NCBI GenBank assembly: GCA_963765445.1
Contig: CAVXWQ010000030.1
Location: 81-64,080, forward strand
Direction: 5' to 3'
DNA length: 64,000 nucleotides
Origin: an uncultured Actinomycetota bacterium
GTDB taxonomy: Bacteria > Actinomycetota > Actinomycetes > Mycobacteriales > Mycobacteriaceae
Below, piece by piece: positions 1 to 11,390 of this stretch; within the stretch, counting starts at the first letter, position 1, and each line of letters opens with the position of its first letter. The notes under the pieces were generated by a model. That model saw nothing but the letters and a program-made list of their open reading frames with translations, ran no database searches and was not told where the DNA came from. The translations under genes were made by a program, and so were the position numbers.

Positions 1-53
1 TGTGGTTATTGTGAAAGTTGTAATAACTGTCGGTCCGCGCGGAAAGGGCAACT

Positions 54-1133
54 GTGCCAACCCGAGTCGCGAGGCTTCGCCGAGCCGCCGCGAGCTGCAT
101 GACGGCGATCGTCGGCCTGACCCTGGCCGCCACCGCCGGTGCGCCCGTGGCGGTCGCTGACGGCCGCGATCAGTTGGCGCAGGCGATCGCGACCACACGC
201 GGCAGTTATCTGGTCTACAACTTCGGCGGCGGTTACCCGGCGCCGATGCTCAACGCCGCGGGCAGCTGGTATGAAATGACCAGCGGCGGACATCTGATGA
301 TCATCAAGTCGGCCTCGCAGCGCCTGACGCCGCGGCTGCTCGTCGACACCCACACCGGATACCAGGCTCGCTGCGAGCAGACACCGGGGGCGCGCACCCG
401 GGAAGGTCTGGTGCAGGCCTCCGAGACCTACACCCCGCTGCAGGCGTGGCAGCTACTCGGCCAGCCGACCATCGCGATCAACGCCAACTTCTTCGACGTA
501 CGCACGCAGCAGGGTGGCTCGTGGAAGACGACCGGCTGCAGTTCCCCGCTGGGGGCCTACTTCGACAACACTCGCGGGCAGGGCCGCGCCAACGCCGCGT
601 TGACGGGCACGCTGGCCTACGCGGGCAAGCAGGCCCTGTCCGGTGGCGACGAGGTGTGGACGGCGCTCTCGACGATGATCCTGCCGGTTGCCGGCGCACC
701 GTTCGTGGTGACACCAAAGGCCTCCGACGACTACGACGCCGCCACCCCCGTCATCCAGGGCCTGCTGGACAAGGGCACCCGATTCGCAGCCGTCAGCGGT
801 CTGAAGCTGTTGGCCCCCGGCGACACCGGGCAGATGAACGATCCCGGCCCCAGCGCGGCCCGCACGGCGCTGGCCTACGCCAGGGACAAAGACGAGATGT
901 ACGTCTTCCAGGGCGGCAGCTACACACCCGACCAGATCCAGGACCTGTTCCGGGGCCTGGGCAGCGACACCGCGATCCTGCTCGACGGGGGCGGTTCCTC
1001 GGCGATCGTGCTGCGCCGCGACACCGGCGGCATGTGGGCGGGCGCGGGTGTGCCCAAGGGTTCCTGCGACACCATGCAGGTGCTGTGCGACTCGCACGAA
1101 CGCGCCCTGCCGGCCTGGCTGGCATTCAACTAG
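54..1133 (+). CDS. lprO: Secreted phosphodiester glycosidase-family (NAGPA/DUF2233) protein, LprO-like
   Basis: Intact 359-aa ORF with signal peptide-like N terminus, INANFF, ARTALA and LLDGGGSS motifs; convergent with the end of the mce1 locus, as recalled for Rv0179c. Confidence 0.75.
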   Translation: MPTRVARLRRAAASCMTAIVGLTLAATAGAPVAVADGRDQLAQAIATTRGSYLVYNFGGGYPAPMLNAAGSWYEMTSGGHLMIIKSASQRLTPRLLVDTHTGYQARCEQTPGARTREGLVQASETYTPLQAWQLLGQPTIAINANFFDVRTQQGGSWKTTGCSSPLGAYFDNTRGQGRANAALTGTLAYAGKQALSGGDEVWTALSTMILPVAGAPFVVTPKASDDYDAATPVIQGLLDKGTRFAAVSGLKLLAPGDTGQMNDPGPSAARTALAYARDKDEMYVFQGGSYTPDQIQDLFRGLGSDTAILLDGGGSSAIVLRRDTGGMWAGAGVPKGSCDTMQVLCDSHERALPAWLAFN

Positions 1134-1899
1134 AGAGCCAGCGCGGCGCGCGCCGCGGCGGCGGTCTGGTGCGCGTAGCCGGCCCCGAACAGCGCGACAT
1201 GTGCCAGCAGCGGATACAGCTGATGCAGCGCAACACGATCCCGCCAGCCTGCCCGCAGCGGATGCACGCTGTGATAGCCGTCGACGACCGCGCCCAGGTG
1301 CGGGCAGCCGAATAGCGCGAGCATCGCCAGATCGGTCTCGCGATGCCCGCCGTGCGCGGCCGGGTCGATGAGCACCGCTCCGGCCTCGGTCCACATCACG
1401 TTGCCGCTCCACAGGTCGCCGTGCAGCCGGGCCGGCCGGTCGTCGTCGTCGAAATCGCCACGTGCACAACGCTTCGCAACGCTGTTCGACATCGGTCCTG
1501 GCCGTGCCGGTCCAATCCGGTCGGCGTGCTCGAGCATCGGAAGCAGCCGCTCCTCGGCGTAGAACTCTCCCCAGCTGTCGTGCGGGGTCAGGCTCATCGG
1601 CAGCGGCCGGGTCAGCGGGCCGAAGAATCCGGGCCCGTCCCAGCCCTGCGGCGGTGCTCCGAACCCGCTCGCTCCGGCGTCGTGGGTGACGGCCAGCCGC
1701 CGGCCGAACGTGCGGGCCGCCTCCACATCGGGCGGTGACGCTGCGCAGGCGCTGCAGGGTGAGGCTGGCCTCGTCGTGGCGCAGTACCCGCGCGCACGGC
1801 ACGCCGCCGGCGACGCCACCCAGCCACGCCAAACCTGCTGCCTCACAGGCGAAGAAGCCGCGCGGGGCGTTCTGCGTTGCGCTTGACGAACTCGGGCAC
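1130..1899 (-). CDS. Fructosamine-3-kinase family protein (frameshifted in this sequence)
   Basis: GTG 1899 VPEFVKRN; then EAAGLAWL in a second frame; then LHGDLWSGN, LIDPAAHGGHRETDLAML and LHQLYPLLAHVALFG in ORF 1130..2596. Confidence 0.8.
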
Positions 1900-1905
1900 G
1901 CCGGC

Positions 1906-2589
1906 TCAGCTCTCCGGCGGATGCGGCCCGTATCGGAAGATCGCGAGGCTGGTCGCCACGACCGCCGCGGCCAGACCGATGACCGGTGCCACCATGAAGC
2001 GGGACATCGTCGCCCCCACCGCGGCTCCGGCGAGCATCGTCAAAACCACGGTGTAGCGCAACTTTTCGCGCTCTCCGCTGCCACCGGCGAGCCGGCTGTC
2101 GACGCCGATCCCGACGATGGTCGACGTCAGCACCGTCGTGCTGAGCTCCTGGACTCCGAACTGCCGTGCCGCGGCGTTCTGCGCGCCGAAGGTGACGGCC
2201 AGACCCGCGATCAGGATCAGCTTGCCGTTGTCGTGATAGGACACCACACCTGTTCCGGCCAGGACGGCAAGCACGGTCAGCAGCAGCACCTCGGTCCCCA
2301 GCGCCGCGGTGAGCCACCGCCGCACCTCGTAGTCCAGGTGCCGGGCGAAGCGACCGCCGATGACCGTCCCGATCAAGAAGCTGATGAAGGCGATCACGGC
2401 CGCGGTCATGTCGACCCCGGAGTGCGGCACGAACCAGAAGCCCAGGAAGATCACGTTGCCGGTCATGTTGGCGACGAAGACGTGCCCGAGCACGAGCACA
2501 CTGATCGCATCCACCAGTCCGGTGGCGAACGTCAGCAGCAGCAGTGCGACGACGGTGAGTCGTTCGGAGACGGGCGACGCGACGGCCAT
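1906..2589 (-). CDS. YoaK/DUF1275 family membrane protein
   Basis: Intact 227-aa hydrophobic ORF with G-x-VDA, FVANMTGN and TTVLTST motifs. Confidence 0.85.
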   Translation of the reverse strand: MAVASPVSERLTVVALLLLTFATGLVDAISVLVLGHVFVANMTGNVIFLGFWFVPHSGVDMTAAVIAFISFLIGTVIGGRFARHLDYEVRRWLTAALGTEVLLLTVLAVLAGTGVVSYHDNGKLILIAGLAVTFGAQNAAARQFGVQELSTTVLTSTIVGIGVDSRLAGGSGEREKLRYTVVLTMLAGAAVGATMSRFMVAPVIGLAAAVVATSLAIFRYGPHPPES

Positions 2590-2614
2590 GGGGCAAGTAT
2601 CGCCAATACCGCTG

Positions 2615-3255
2615 TCACATCTGCGGTGTGAGGTCCAGCGACGTCACCGTCGTCATCTTGGTCACCAGCCAGTCACCGTCCTGGCGTTTGAGCTGCAGGC
2701 GGTAGGACAGATATTTCATCGCCGGGATGTTCTTGCTCAGCGGGCTGGTGGAGGTCGTGTTGGTGTACACGATCGCGGTGGCCTCCGAGCCGTTGCAGCG
2801 ACTCGACCGCGGTACCGACCACCTGAGTGTTGTTGGTGACCTTGGCCTGCCGGTTGGTCGGCACGATGGCGTCGACGTACTTGCGGTACTGATCCTCGAA
2901 GTCACCGGACAGGTACTTCGCCGAGCGGTCCGGCAGCTTGTCCATGTCCTCAGGGGTGTAGGTCCACAGCGTGGTGATCGCGTCGGCGGCGGTGCGGGCG
3001 ATGTCGAGCTTGGTCGCAACGGCGGCGCGGTCGGCCAGGTAGGGCTGCACCGCGGCGCCCGCGAAGGCTCCGGCGGCGACGAACAGCGCAGCCGACGTTC
3101 CCACCCCCAGCGCAACCTTGTTGCGGCTGAACCAGTTTCGCTTCGCAGCGGGTTCGGTCTCGACCTCGTCGGCGGCCGAGGCCGGCTCCTCGGTCTCGGG
3201 CGCGGTGTCCTCGGGTGCGGTGTCCTCGGGCGCCTGCTCGTCGGGCGCGGCGACG
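2615..3255 (-). CDS. Mce-associated membrane protein (last gene of mce1 cluster; frameshifted, start approximate)
   Basis: Acidic N terminus, TM segment, LWTYTPED...YLSGDF...WLVTKM rebuilt from ORFs 2673..3590 and 2615..3115. Confidence 0.75.
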
Positions 3256-3256
3256 G

Positions 3257-3805
3257 TCAGATCACCTGCAGCAGGTTGCTGATCTTCCACTGCTCCCCTT
3301 CCTTGATCGTGGTGACCACCCAGCGGCTTCCGCTGGCGACGGTCTTTCCGTCCGGCATCTTGGTGGTGGTGGTCGCGGCGACCACGACGTCGGCGCTGCC
3401 ATCGGGGTTCCAGCGTTCGATGCCGACGGCCTGCACGGAGCCCTTGCGTCGGCTCGGCCTGCGCCACCTGGATGACGATCTCGTTCATCTTGTCCTGGTA
3501 GAGCTTGGCGAACTGGCCGGTGCCCTGAGCCAAGATCTTGTTGGCATAGTCGTTGGCGTGGAACGGATCCGGGGACGTGTACTGGGTCATGAAGCCGCTC
3601 GACGGTCTGGATCACCGCGGCGTCGCGGAACAGCGTCGCGGCGCTGGGTCTCCCGTTTGACCAGAACCAGCGCGCTGACCGCGACCGCGGCGAGAACCGC
3701 CACGGCGGCCAGCCCGGCCACCAGCGGCAGCACCCAGCGGCGCGGCTGCGGCTCGGGCATGCGGAAGACGTCCTCGCTGCCCGGTTCGACCTTCGCGGGG
3801 CTCAT
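3257..3805 (-). CDS. Mce-associated membrane protein (frameshifted)
   Basis: ATG 3805 MSPAKVEPG, TM helix, FMTQYTSPDPFHANDYA...GTGQFA, ending WKISNLLQVI* at 3257. Confidence 0.75.
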
Positions 3806-4810
3806 GCTTGCCGCGCTTCGCTCGATCCGCCCTGCCTCGCCGGGTTCGGTTTGGCCAGCACCGACAGATTGGAGATCTGCCACTGGCCGTTTGCCGACTT
3901 CTCGAAGTCGGCCTGCACCGTCGCGGTGATCAGCCGTTGCTTCGGCGCGGCACCGCGCTGCCCCTGCATGAGCAGCAGCATCACCGCCCGGTCTTGCGAG
4001 TTGGACAGCACCGCGCTGTTGGTCACCCAGTAGTCGTTGTCGACGGGGCCGGCCTTGCGCACCGCGTCCTGCTGGGCGATCAGTTGCGGACGATAGCCGT
4101 CGGTCACCAGCGACCGGGCCCGGGCGAAGTCGGCGTCGATCGTGGCGACGCTCGTAGCTCAGGGTGTTCGCGACGATCTCCGGGCCCTGCACGGCGATCT
4201 GCTGGCGGGTCTGTTCGACCGCCTGCTCGTGGCGGTAGATCGTCAGATATCCCAGCCCGGCCCCTGCGAGCGCCAGCACCGCCGCCGATGCCAGGACCGC
4301 TCCGGCCAGCCGGCGCCGGTCGGGGCGCTCACCGTCGACACGTCGCACCTCGGTGCGGGTGATCAGGTCGGCGAACGTCCGGCCGCGGGAGTCCCACAGC
4401 GGCCACAGCCAGCCGATGAACAGCGGTGCGGTGTCGAGCAGGTGCGCGATGTCGCGCAGCAGCAGACGCCACGGCCCGACGGATCCGCCGCCGCGGCCCA
4501 CGACGGTGATGCCGAACACCGACCGCCCCAGCGTCCACCCGATGACCGACGGCAGCACCCATCTGTTGACCGCCATCGCCAGGAACACCAGCGCCGCGGC
4601 CACGATCGTCACCCACCACAGCCAGCCACGCAGCGGCGCCGCCCACGCCACCAGCATGAGCGTGGCCAGAACACCGACCCCGACCAGCACGTCGATCCCG
4701 AAGGCCCCGGCCCGCGCGCCCCAACTCGCCTTGGCTGCGGCCGGTTCGTCGACGAGGCTGGTGGCCTCGATGTCAGAATCGCCGACGGCGCCTTTGGCGG
4801 CTACCGTCAC
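3802..4810 (-). CDS. RDD-domain Mce-associated membrane protein (one frameshift near 4150)
   Basis: ASWGARAGAFGID...LRDIAHLLD...WPLWDSRGRTFAD RDD signature followed by a Mam-type C-terminal domain (ORF 3802..4107). Confidence 0.8.
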
Positions 4811-5499
4811 TTGCTCACCTGGGCGAGGTCGGCGATCTTGTAGGTGCCGGCGTCGGGCATCATCTTGACCCGCAACCGGTAGCCCTGCTCCTGACCCTGG
4901 GTCTCGGAGTTGGACACCTTCACCCGCATCGCCACCAGGACGTCCATCGAGCCGTCGTCGTTGTGCCGTTCCACGGCCGCGCGCATGTCGGAAACCTGCA
5001 CCTGCACCTTGGCGGCCTGATAGGCGTCCACCAACAGTCCGCTGTAGAGCGTGGCCTGCGCGCCGAAGCCGCCGGTGGCGCATTCGATGATCTTGCGCTG
5101 GCTGGCCTCCATGGCGCTGGCATCGGGCGCCTGGGTGGCGGTGACGCAGTCCTTGGCCGCGGCCAGGGCGGCGGCCTCGGCCCGCGCGGTGGCCTCGCTC
5201 TTCTGGTTCGAACGCAGTGCGAGGTAGCCGCCGGCTCCCACCGCGAGTGCGACGACCAGAAGTGCCGCGCAGACGCCGGCCAACCAGCGGCCGCTCAGAC
5301 GCGAGCGTTGCGGCGCAGCCTCGGCGACTACCGCCTCTGTCGCAGCCTCCGGCGCATCACCAGGTTGGGCTTCGTCAACTGACGGGTCATCGTCGACCGG
5401 GGGGGTCTGATTCACCGACTCTTCGGCCGCACTGCGTTCGGCGTCGTCGTCGGCGGGCGGGGTCGGGTTCAGCCGGCCGGAGCCAGCATCTCCTTCCAT
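4807..5499 (-). CDS. Mce-associated membrane protein
   Basis: Intact 230-aa ORF, acidic N terminus, single TM, KDCVTATQAPD...IECATGGF; directly downstream of mce1F. Confidence 0.85.
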   Translation of the reverse strand: MEGDAGSGRLNPTPPADDDAERSAAEESVNQTPPVDDDPSVDEAQPGDAPEAATEAVVAEAAPQRSRLSGRWLAGVCAALLVVALAVGAGGYLALRSNQKSEATARAEAAALAAAKDCVTATQAPDASAMEASQRKIIECATGGFGAQATLYSGLLVDAYQAAKVQVQVSDMRAAVERHNDDGSMDVLVAMRVKVSNSETQGQEQGYRLRVKMMPDAGTYKIADLAQVSK

Positions 5500-7019
5500 C
5501 CGTCGTCTCCTGTACTGCTCGAGGTCGTGACGCTGTACTTCACACCGTCAGGGCCAACCAACTGCCCGCTCTGCGGGTTGTAGACCGCTGTATTGCTTGC
5601 TGCCGGAGTGTACGTGCACGGATTCGGTTGCTGTCCGTTGCACTGCACCGACCCCGTCCCCGGCGGGCTCAGGTCATCACTCGTCGGCGGCGTGGGCGGC
5701 GGCAGCAGGTCCGCCGGCAACGGGTTCATCCCGTTGTTGATCGTCGGTGCCGGTATCACCGTACCGGGGTTGACCGGCTGGTCGCATCGAGCCGCGGGCG
5801 CCGGGCAGGTCAGCACCTGGTCGGGGTCACCGAACCACGGGTTGGTGCCCAGCGGGGTGTACGGCTCGTTGCTGCGGCATTCCATCGGGGTGGCGGCCCG
5901 CTTGCCCGGGACGTCGACGCAGGGGAAGTTGCGCGCGCCACGAACCACGTTGGCCGGGGTGTCCTTGGGGATCTTGCAGTACAGGCCGTTCTCCACCGGC
6001 TTGCGCGACGTGTCGGCCGGCGCCCGCCACTGGCTGGCGGGCAGGAAGCCGGTCAGGCACGGTGGCGGCTGGTTGATCGTCAGACCGAAGTCCAGCGCCG
6101 CCTGGTGCGGGTAGGGCGCCGACACGGCCTGGGCGACCGAGGCGCCCTGGGGCAGCAACACCAGTGACTGCTCGACGCCCTTGTTGTAGCGCTTGAGCAT
6201 GTCGATGATGATTTCGAGGTTCGCCAGCGTCTGCGGCAGTGCCTCACGCACGTCGCTGAACACCGCGGTGACCGCGTCGGCGGTCGGCGCCGCCTGACTG
6301 AGTCCGCTGCGCAGTGCCTGATCCTGGGCAGCGGTCTGGGAGGCGATGGAATTCAGGTTCGCCGCCCAGCGCGCAATCGCGTCCCCGGAGTTGACCTGGC
6401 TGTCGACGACGGGCGCGGAGTTCTGGATGATGTCGTTGACGTCGTTGATGTTGGTCTTGAAGTCACCCACGAGATTCTGGGTGCCGTTGACCAACCGCTG
6501 CAGCGACGGGCCCAAACCACCTACGGCCAAAGCGGTTTCGTTGAGCAGGACCGGAATCTTGTCCGCCGGCAGCGCCGCGAGGCCGTTGTTGGCGGCATCC
6601 AGGGCCGGCCCGATCTCGCTGGGCACAGTGCTCTTGGTGATGGTCTGCCCGGCGGCGAAGTACTTGCCGGGATTGCCGTCGGACACCAGGTCCAGATACT
6701 GCTCGCCGACCGCGGACACCGAGTGCACGTTGGCGCTGGCGTCGACCGGGATCTTGAACTGGTCGCCGATGCTCATCGTGGCCCGCACACCGGTTTCGGT
6801 GGGTTCGACGGCGGTCACCCGCCCGATCGTCACACCGCGGTAGGTCACGTTGGCCGTGCGGTACAGGCCGCCCGAGGACGGCAGGTCGGCCTTCAGCGTG
6901 TACTGGCCGACGCCGGCCAGAGTCGGCAGGCGCATGAAGTACACGCCGAGCACCAGCAGCGCGATCACGGTCAGCACGCCGAACACGACGAGCTGCGTCT
7001 TGATGAAGCGGGTCAACAT
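5469..7019 (-). CDS. mce1F: Mce-family protein Mce1F
   Basis: Intact 516 aa; MlaD domain (GGLYRTANVTYRGV, SAVGEQY), Cys/Pro-rich tail, ends WKEMLAP. Confidence 0.9.
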   Translation of the reverse strand: MLTRFIKTQLVVFGVLTVIALLVLGVYFMRLPTLAGVGQYTLKADLPSSGGLYRTANVTYRGVTIGRVTAVEPTETGVRATMSIGDQFKIPVDASANVHSVSAVGEQYLDLVSDGNPGKYFAAGQTITKSTVPSEIGPALDAANNGLAALPADKIPVLLNETALAVGGLGPSLQRLVNGTQNLVGDFKTNINDVNDIIQNSAPVVDSQVNSGDAIARWAANLNSIASQTAAQDQALRSGLSQAAPTADAVTAVFSDVREALPQTLANLEIIIDMLKRYNKGVEQSLVLLPQGASVAQAVSAPYPHQAALDFGLTINQPPPCLTGFLPASQWRAPADTSRKPVENGLYCKIPKDTPANVVRGARNFPCVDVPGKRAATPMECRSNEPYTPLGTNPWFGDPDQVLTCPAPAARCDQPVNPGTVIPAPTINNGMNPLPADLLPPPTPPTSDDLSPPGTGSVQCNGQQPNPCTYTPAASNTAVYNPQSGQLVGPDGVKYSVTTSSSTGDDGWKEMLAPAG

Positions 7020-7026
7020 CTAGCCG

Positions 7027-8194
7027 TCACCCTTCAGTCGTCGCGCGCTCGACGTACGGACCGCCGCCGTCGGTCATGTTCGGGTGAGGCGTGAACCGCA
7101 CATCCGGGATCATCGTCTGCGGATCGCGACCCCATGCCTGCTCGAGGGCGCGCAGCATTCCGGAGACACCGGTTCCGGTCAGGAATGCGTTGTCGATCGA
7201 GCTGAGCGTCAGGTCGAAGGTCGCCGACGTGTTGATGTAGTCACCGCGGATCACCTTCGGGATGTTGTCCACCGGGTAGGGCGCCGTGATCACCAGCTTG
7301 AGGGCGTCGATCAGGTAGGGCCCCGCCTTGCCCAGCTGCTTGAGCGGACGCTGCAGCAGCTGCAGGTTGGTGTCGAGGTCCGCACGCGCCGTCGACAGCG
7401 TGGTGGCGGTGACATTGCCGAACCGGCCCAGCGCCTCCACGGCACCGGTGAGCTTGTCCCGGGAGTCCGCGAAATACTTGACCAGCGGCGGGAATTCGGT
7501 GAGCACCCGGTCCAGCGTGTTGTTGTGGCTCGCGACGATCTTCAGCAACTCGTTGGTGGAGTCGATCGCGCGGGTCAGATCCTCACGCTGCTGGTTGAGC
7601 TGGTCGGTGAAGGTGTTCAGCTTGCCCAGGAAGTCGCGGATCTGGTCGGCGTTGCCGGACAGGATGTTGGTGACCTCGGTCTGGATCACCTCCAGGTTCG
7701 GGATGCCGCCGCCGCGCAGCACGGTGGCGATGCTGGCCAGGGTGCGCTCGGTGGTCGGGAACGACTGCGAGTTCTTCAGCGGGATCGTCGCACCGTTGCG
7801 CAACGGCTCGCGACGACGGATCCGGCGGCGGATCCAGTTCGACGTGCTGGGTGCCGAGGATACTGGTCTGCCCGATGCGCGCAATAGCGTTGGCGGGCAA
7901 TTTGATTCCGGGCTGCAGGTCCAGCGTCAGCGTCGGGACCCAGTTCTTCAGCTCGATCTTCTTGACCGACCCGACGTACACGTCGGCGACCCGGACCCGG
8001 CTGTTGACGTTGAGCGCCAACGTATCCGGCATCTGGACGTAGATCGTCATCTTGTCCCTGCCGCTACCCGGGCCACCGGGCAGCGGCACGTTGGCGATAC
8101 CGCGCCAGCCGCAGGAGGTCAGCACCATCGCGGTGACGACCAGCACCAGCCCGCGCCAGCCGAACCGGCGCGCAGTGCTCATGACGCCGCTCAC
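7027..8194 (-). CDS. lprK: Mce-family lipoprotein Mce1E/LprK (one frameshift near 7810)
   Basis: Lipobox LTSC, NSRVRVADV, QTSILG in ORF 7583..8194; remainder in 7027..7884. Confidence 0.85.
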
Positions 8195-9836
8195 TGGCCA
8201 CTTCCCATCTCAGCGGGCAGCGCCGGGCCGGCCGGCGCCGGTGCCGCCGGGGCGGGTCCGGGTGCGCCGCCGTTGATCTGCTGCGACACCGGCAGCGGAC
8301 CTGGGATCACGTCGGGCCCGGGCGCCGGCGGCGGAATCGGTCCCGGATACCACGGCGGCGGCAGCGGGTTGTTCTGGTCGTAGGCGTTCGGCGGTGCGCC
8401 TCCGGGCGGGCCGGCCGGCGGAATGGAGGCGATGTCAGGTCCGCCCATCAGTTCCGCGAGCGAGTCCGGGGTCAGCATGTTGGCGGTGAACGCCTGCACG
8501 TCGACGCCCTGCATGCCGGGCGCCACGATCCAGTCGGGCGGCCCGAAGACGGATGCCAGGGGACGTTGGAGGAGTTGCCGTGCGAGAACAGCGTGTCCCG
8601 CGACCAGATGCCGGGCACGGTCGTGTCCTTGTATCCGGGCGGCGGCTGCAGCCGCGGCTCGGAGTAGGCGACGTACTTGGGCAACGTCTCCGCCGTGGAG
8701 AACTGGTTGACACCGAACGGCGGGAAGTTGAACTTGATCGCGTCCAGGATCGGCGCCAGGTACTGCGCGCACAGCTCTGCCGAGTCCTGGTATCCGAGCC
8801 GGCTGCCGGCCTGGATCGCGCTGCAGAGGAACTGCATCGGGTTGGCGAAGCTGGCGACCACCGGGATGGCGACCAGGGCGCCGTGCGTCGGGTGGTAGAT
8901 GTTCTGCAGGTTGGCCGCCAGCGTCGGGTAGACGTGCAGCACCGTCTCGATGCCGTTGCGGGCGTCGGGCTGCATCAACTGGTTGGTGACGTCGGCGAGG
9001 TTCTGGATGTCCTTGGTCAGCACCGAGCCGTTGTCGTCGATGAACTTGCGCGACGTGGTCAGCAGAGTGTTGAGGTCCCGCACCGCGTTCGCCACTTCCT
9101 GGTCGGAGTTGGTGAACGAGTTGGTCAGGGTTGCCAGGTTGGTGTTCAGCGAGACGAGTTGCTGATCGCTCTTGTGCAGCGCGTTGACGAACAGCGCCAG
9201 GCTCTTGAGCACCCCGAACAGGTCGCCGCGGCCTTCGTCGAGCGCGGTCACCGCGTCGGACAGGGCGCGGAAGGTCGTGTTGATCTGCTCGCCCTTGCCC
9301 TGCAGGCCGTTGGCAAAGGACTCCAGCGCGTCGCCGAACGGTCCCTTGGGCTGTTCGGGCGTGGGGCCGAGTTTGGTGAGCAGGTCGGCGATCTGGTTGC
9401 GCAGGTCGTCCCACTCGACCGGCACCTGGGTGCGTTCGATCGGGATGACGGCGTTGTCGGCGAGCACGGGGCCGCCGGTGTAGGCCGGCGCCAGCTGGAT
9501 CACGCGGGAGGCGACCAGACTCTGGTTCAGGATCGTCGCGGTCGCGTTGGCGGGAACCTTGTACTTGTTGGCGTAGTGGAAGGTGACCTTCATCTTGTCG
9601 CCGGCCGGTTCGATCTTGTCGATGTTGCCGACCTTGACGCCCATGATCTGGACCCGGTCACCGGGATAGAGGGCAAGCGCTTCGGAGAAGTAGGCGACCA
9701 CGGTGTTGGTGGTCGCCTTCTTGTACAGCTGGTAGCCGACCAGCGCCGCGATCAGTCCGAGGATCACGGCCAGCGTGCCGATGATCGCGGACATCCGCGA
9801 CATCTTCGGCAAGCCCAGATTGCGCACATTCGCCAT
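8191..9836 (-). CDS. mce1D: Mce-family protein Mce1D (frameshift near 8560)
   Basis: ALYPGDRVQIMGVKVG, PVEWDDL, SAELCAQYL in 8472..9836; Pro-rich C terminus in frame 8191..9414. Confidence 0.88.
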
Positions 9837-9839
9837 CGG

Positions 9840-11390
9840 TTAGGCTCCCCCTCCCTGATCGACGGGCGCCAGGCCACCGACCGGCGGGACCTGCGGACCC
9901 GGTCCCGCTGGCGGGATCGGTCCGACGAGCGCGTTCGGCGGCGGGGCGTAGCCGGGGATGTCGGTGGCCGGTCCGGGCAGCGGGCCGACCGGCACGGTGC
10001 GTGCTCCCGGGCGGGCCGGGCGCCAGCGGCGGCGGCGGGCACACCGGCACGTTGGGCGACAACTCGCCGGGGAAGGCGGCACTCGGCACACCCGGGCCGC
10101 CGACCGCGGCCGGGTTCGGCGACGAGATCGCGATGTCGGCGCCGGGGTACGCCGGCCCGCCGAACGGGCCCTGAGTGAGCCCTGCGCACGGAAGCGGATT
10201 GGCCGGAGTCGGGATGCCGTCCGCCGGTGGCGTGTACGAGCACGGCGAGCCGGGCCCGACGGCGGGACCCGGATGATCCGGGGTGCCCTCGAGAATCTGC
10301 GGCCCGGGCGGCGGCGCGCCGTTGGCCTGACGCTGGCCGTTGGGATCGGGGAACCGGAAGGCCGGCAGACCCGCGTTGCGCCAGAACTCCTCGGGGTCGA
10401 TGCCGCGCTTCTTGAACGCGGCGTCCACCCACGGCTGCAGGATCTGGTAGGGAACCAGGTTCACCACGAGGGTCTTGAAGTACGGGCCCGAGCCGATCGC
10501 CTCGGCCAGGGCGCCCATGAACTTCGACGCCGTGATGAACGAGTCGGCGAGGTCGACCTTGTGCTTGACCAGCTCGTCGCTGATCGTATGCAGCTGCTCG
10601 AGAACGTGATTCAGGTTCGGGTTGTCGTTGATGAATCCGGCGAACTGCTGGGAGATCTCCGAGACGTTCTGCAGCAGGTAGTCGATCGCGCGGCCGCGGT
10701 CGTTGATCGCGGCCAGCAGTGTCTGGGCATTCACCGCCAGGCGGTTGATCTGCTCGCTGCGGTTACCCAGCACGGCGGCGACCTTGTTGGCGTTGGCCAG
10801 CAGCTGCTTGAACTGATCGTCGCGCTTGCCGATGGTGTCGGAGAAGCGGGCCACGCCGTCGAGGGCGGCGCTCAGGTGCGGATAGGTCTGATCGATGGTC
10901 TCCGACAACACGTTCAGGGATTGCTTGACCGTGTCGAGGTCCCAGCCCTGAGAGGCCTTGGTGAGGTCGAAGACGGCGTCGTAGAGCTGATAGGGCGTGG
11001 TGGTCTGACCGACGGGCAGAACGCCCATGGGCTTGAGGACCTTCTCGCCGCGCGGCTCGATCTCGACGGCACGCCTGCCCAGGATCGTCTCGGTGCGGAT
11101 GGCCATCCGGCTGTCCGTGCCGATCTCCCTGCCGGCCAACGAGAATCCGACCAGCACGTGGTCGCCCTCGATCGCCAGCGACTTGACTCGACCGACCTCC
11201 ATACCGGCGATCCGCACCTTGTCACCCGTATTGATGCCCGCCGAGTCGGCGAACGCGCCGTAGTAGGTGGGCTGGGCGAACAGCTGAGGAATGCTCGCGA
11301 GAAGCTCTGACCCACGGCGATGACCAGCACCACGATCACGATGCCGGCCAGGCCGTTCTTGACCCGGTTGTCCGTCTGGAGTGTCCTCAT
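9840..11390 (-). CDS. mce1C: Mce-family protein Mce1C (frameshifted)
   Basis: ATG 11390 MRTLQTDNRV; RIAGMEVG, TETILG, TPYQLYD in 9658..11217; Pro-rich end in 9840..10091. Confidence 0.88.

Noticed and set aside
5-27. GTTATT-N11-AATAAC inverted repeat upstream of lprO
   Set aside because: Only 6-bp arms, at the window edge, with no second copy or candidate regulator
3197-3233. 15-bp tandem repeat encoding PEDTA
   Set aside because: About two copies inside a low-complexity acidic protein N terminus; not a CRISPR array or mobile repeat
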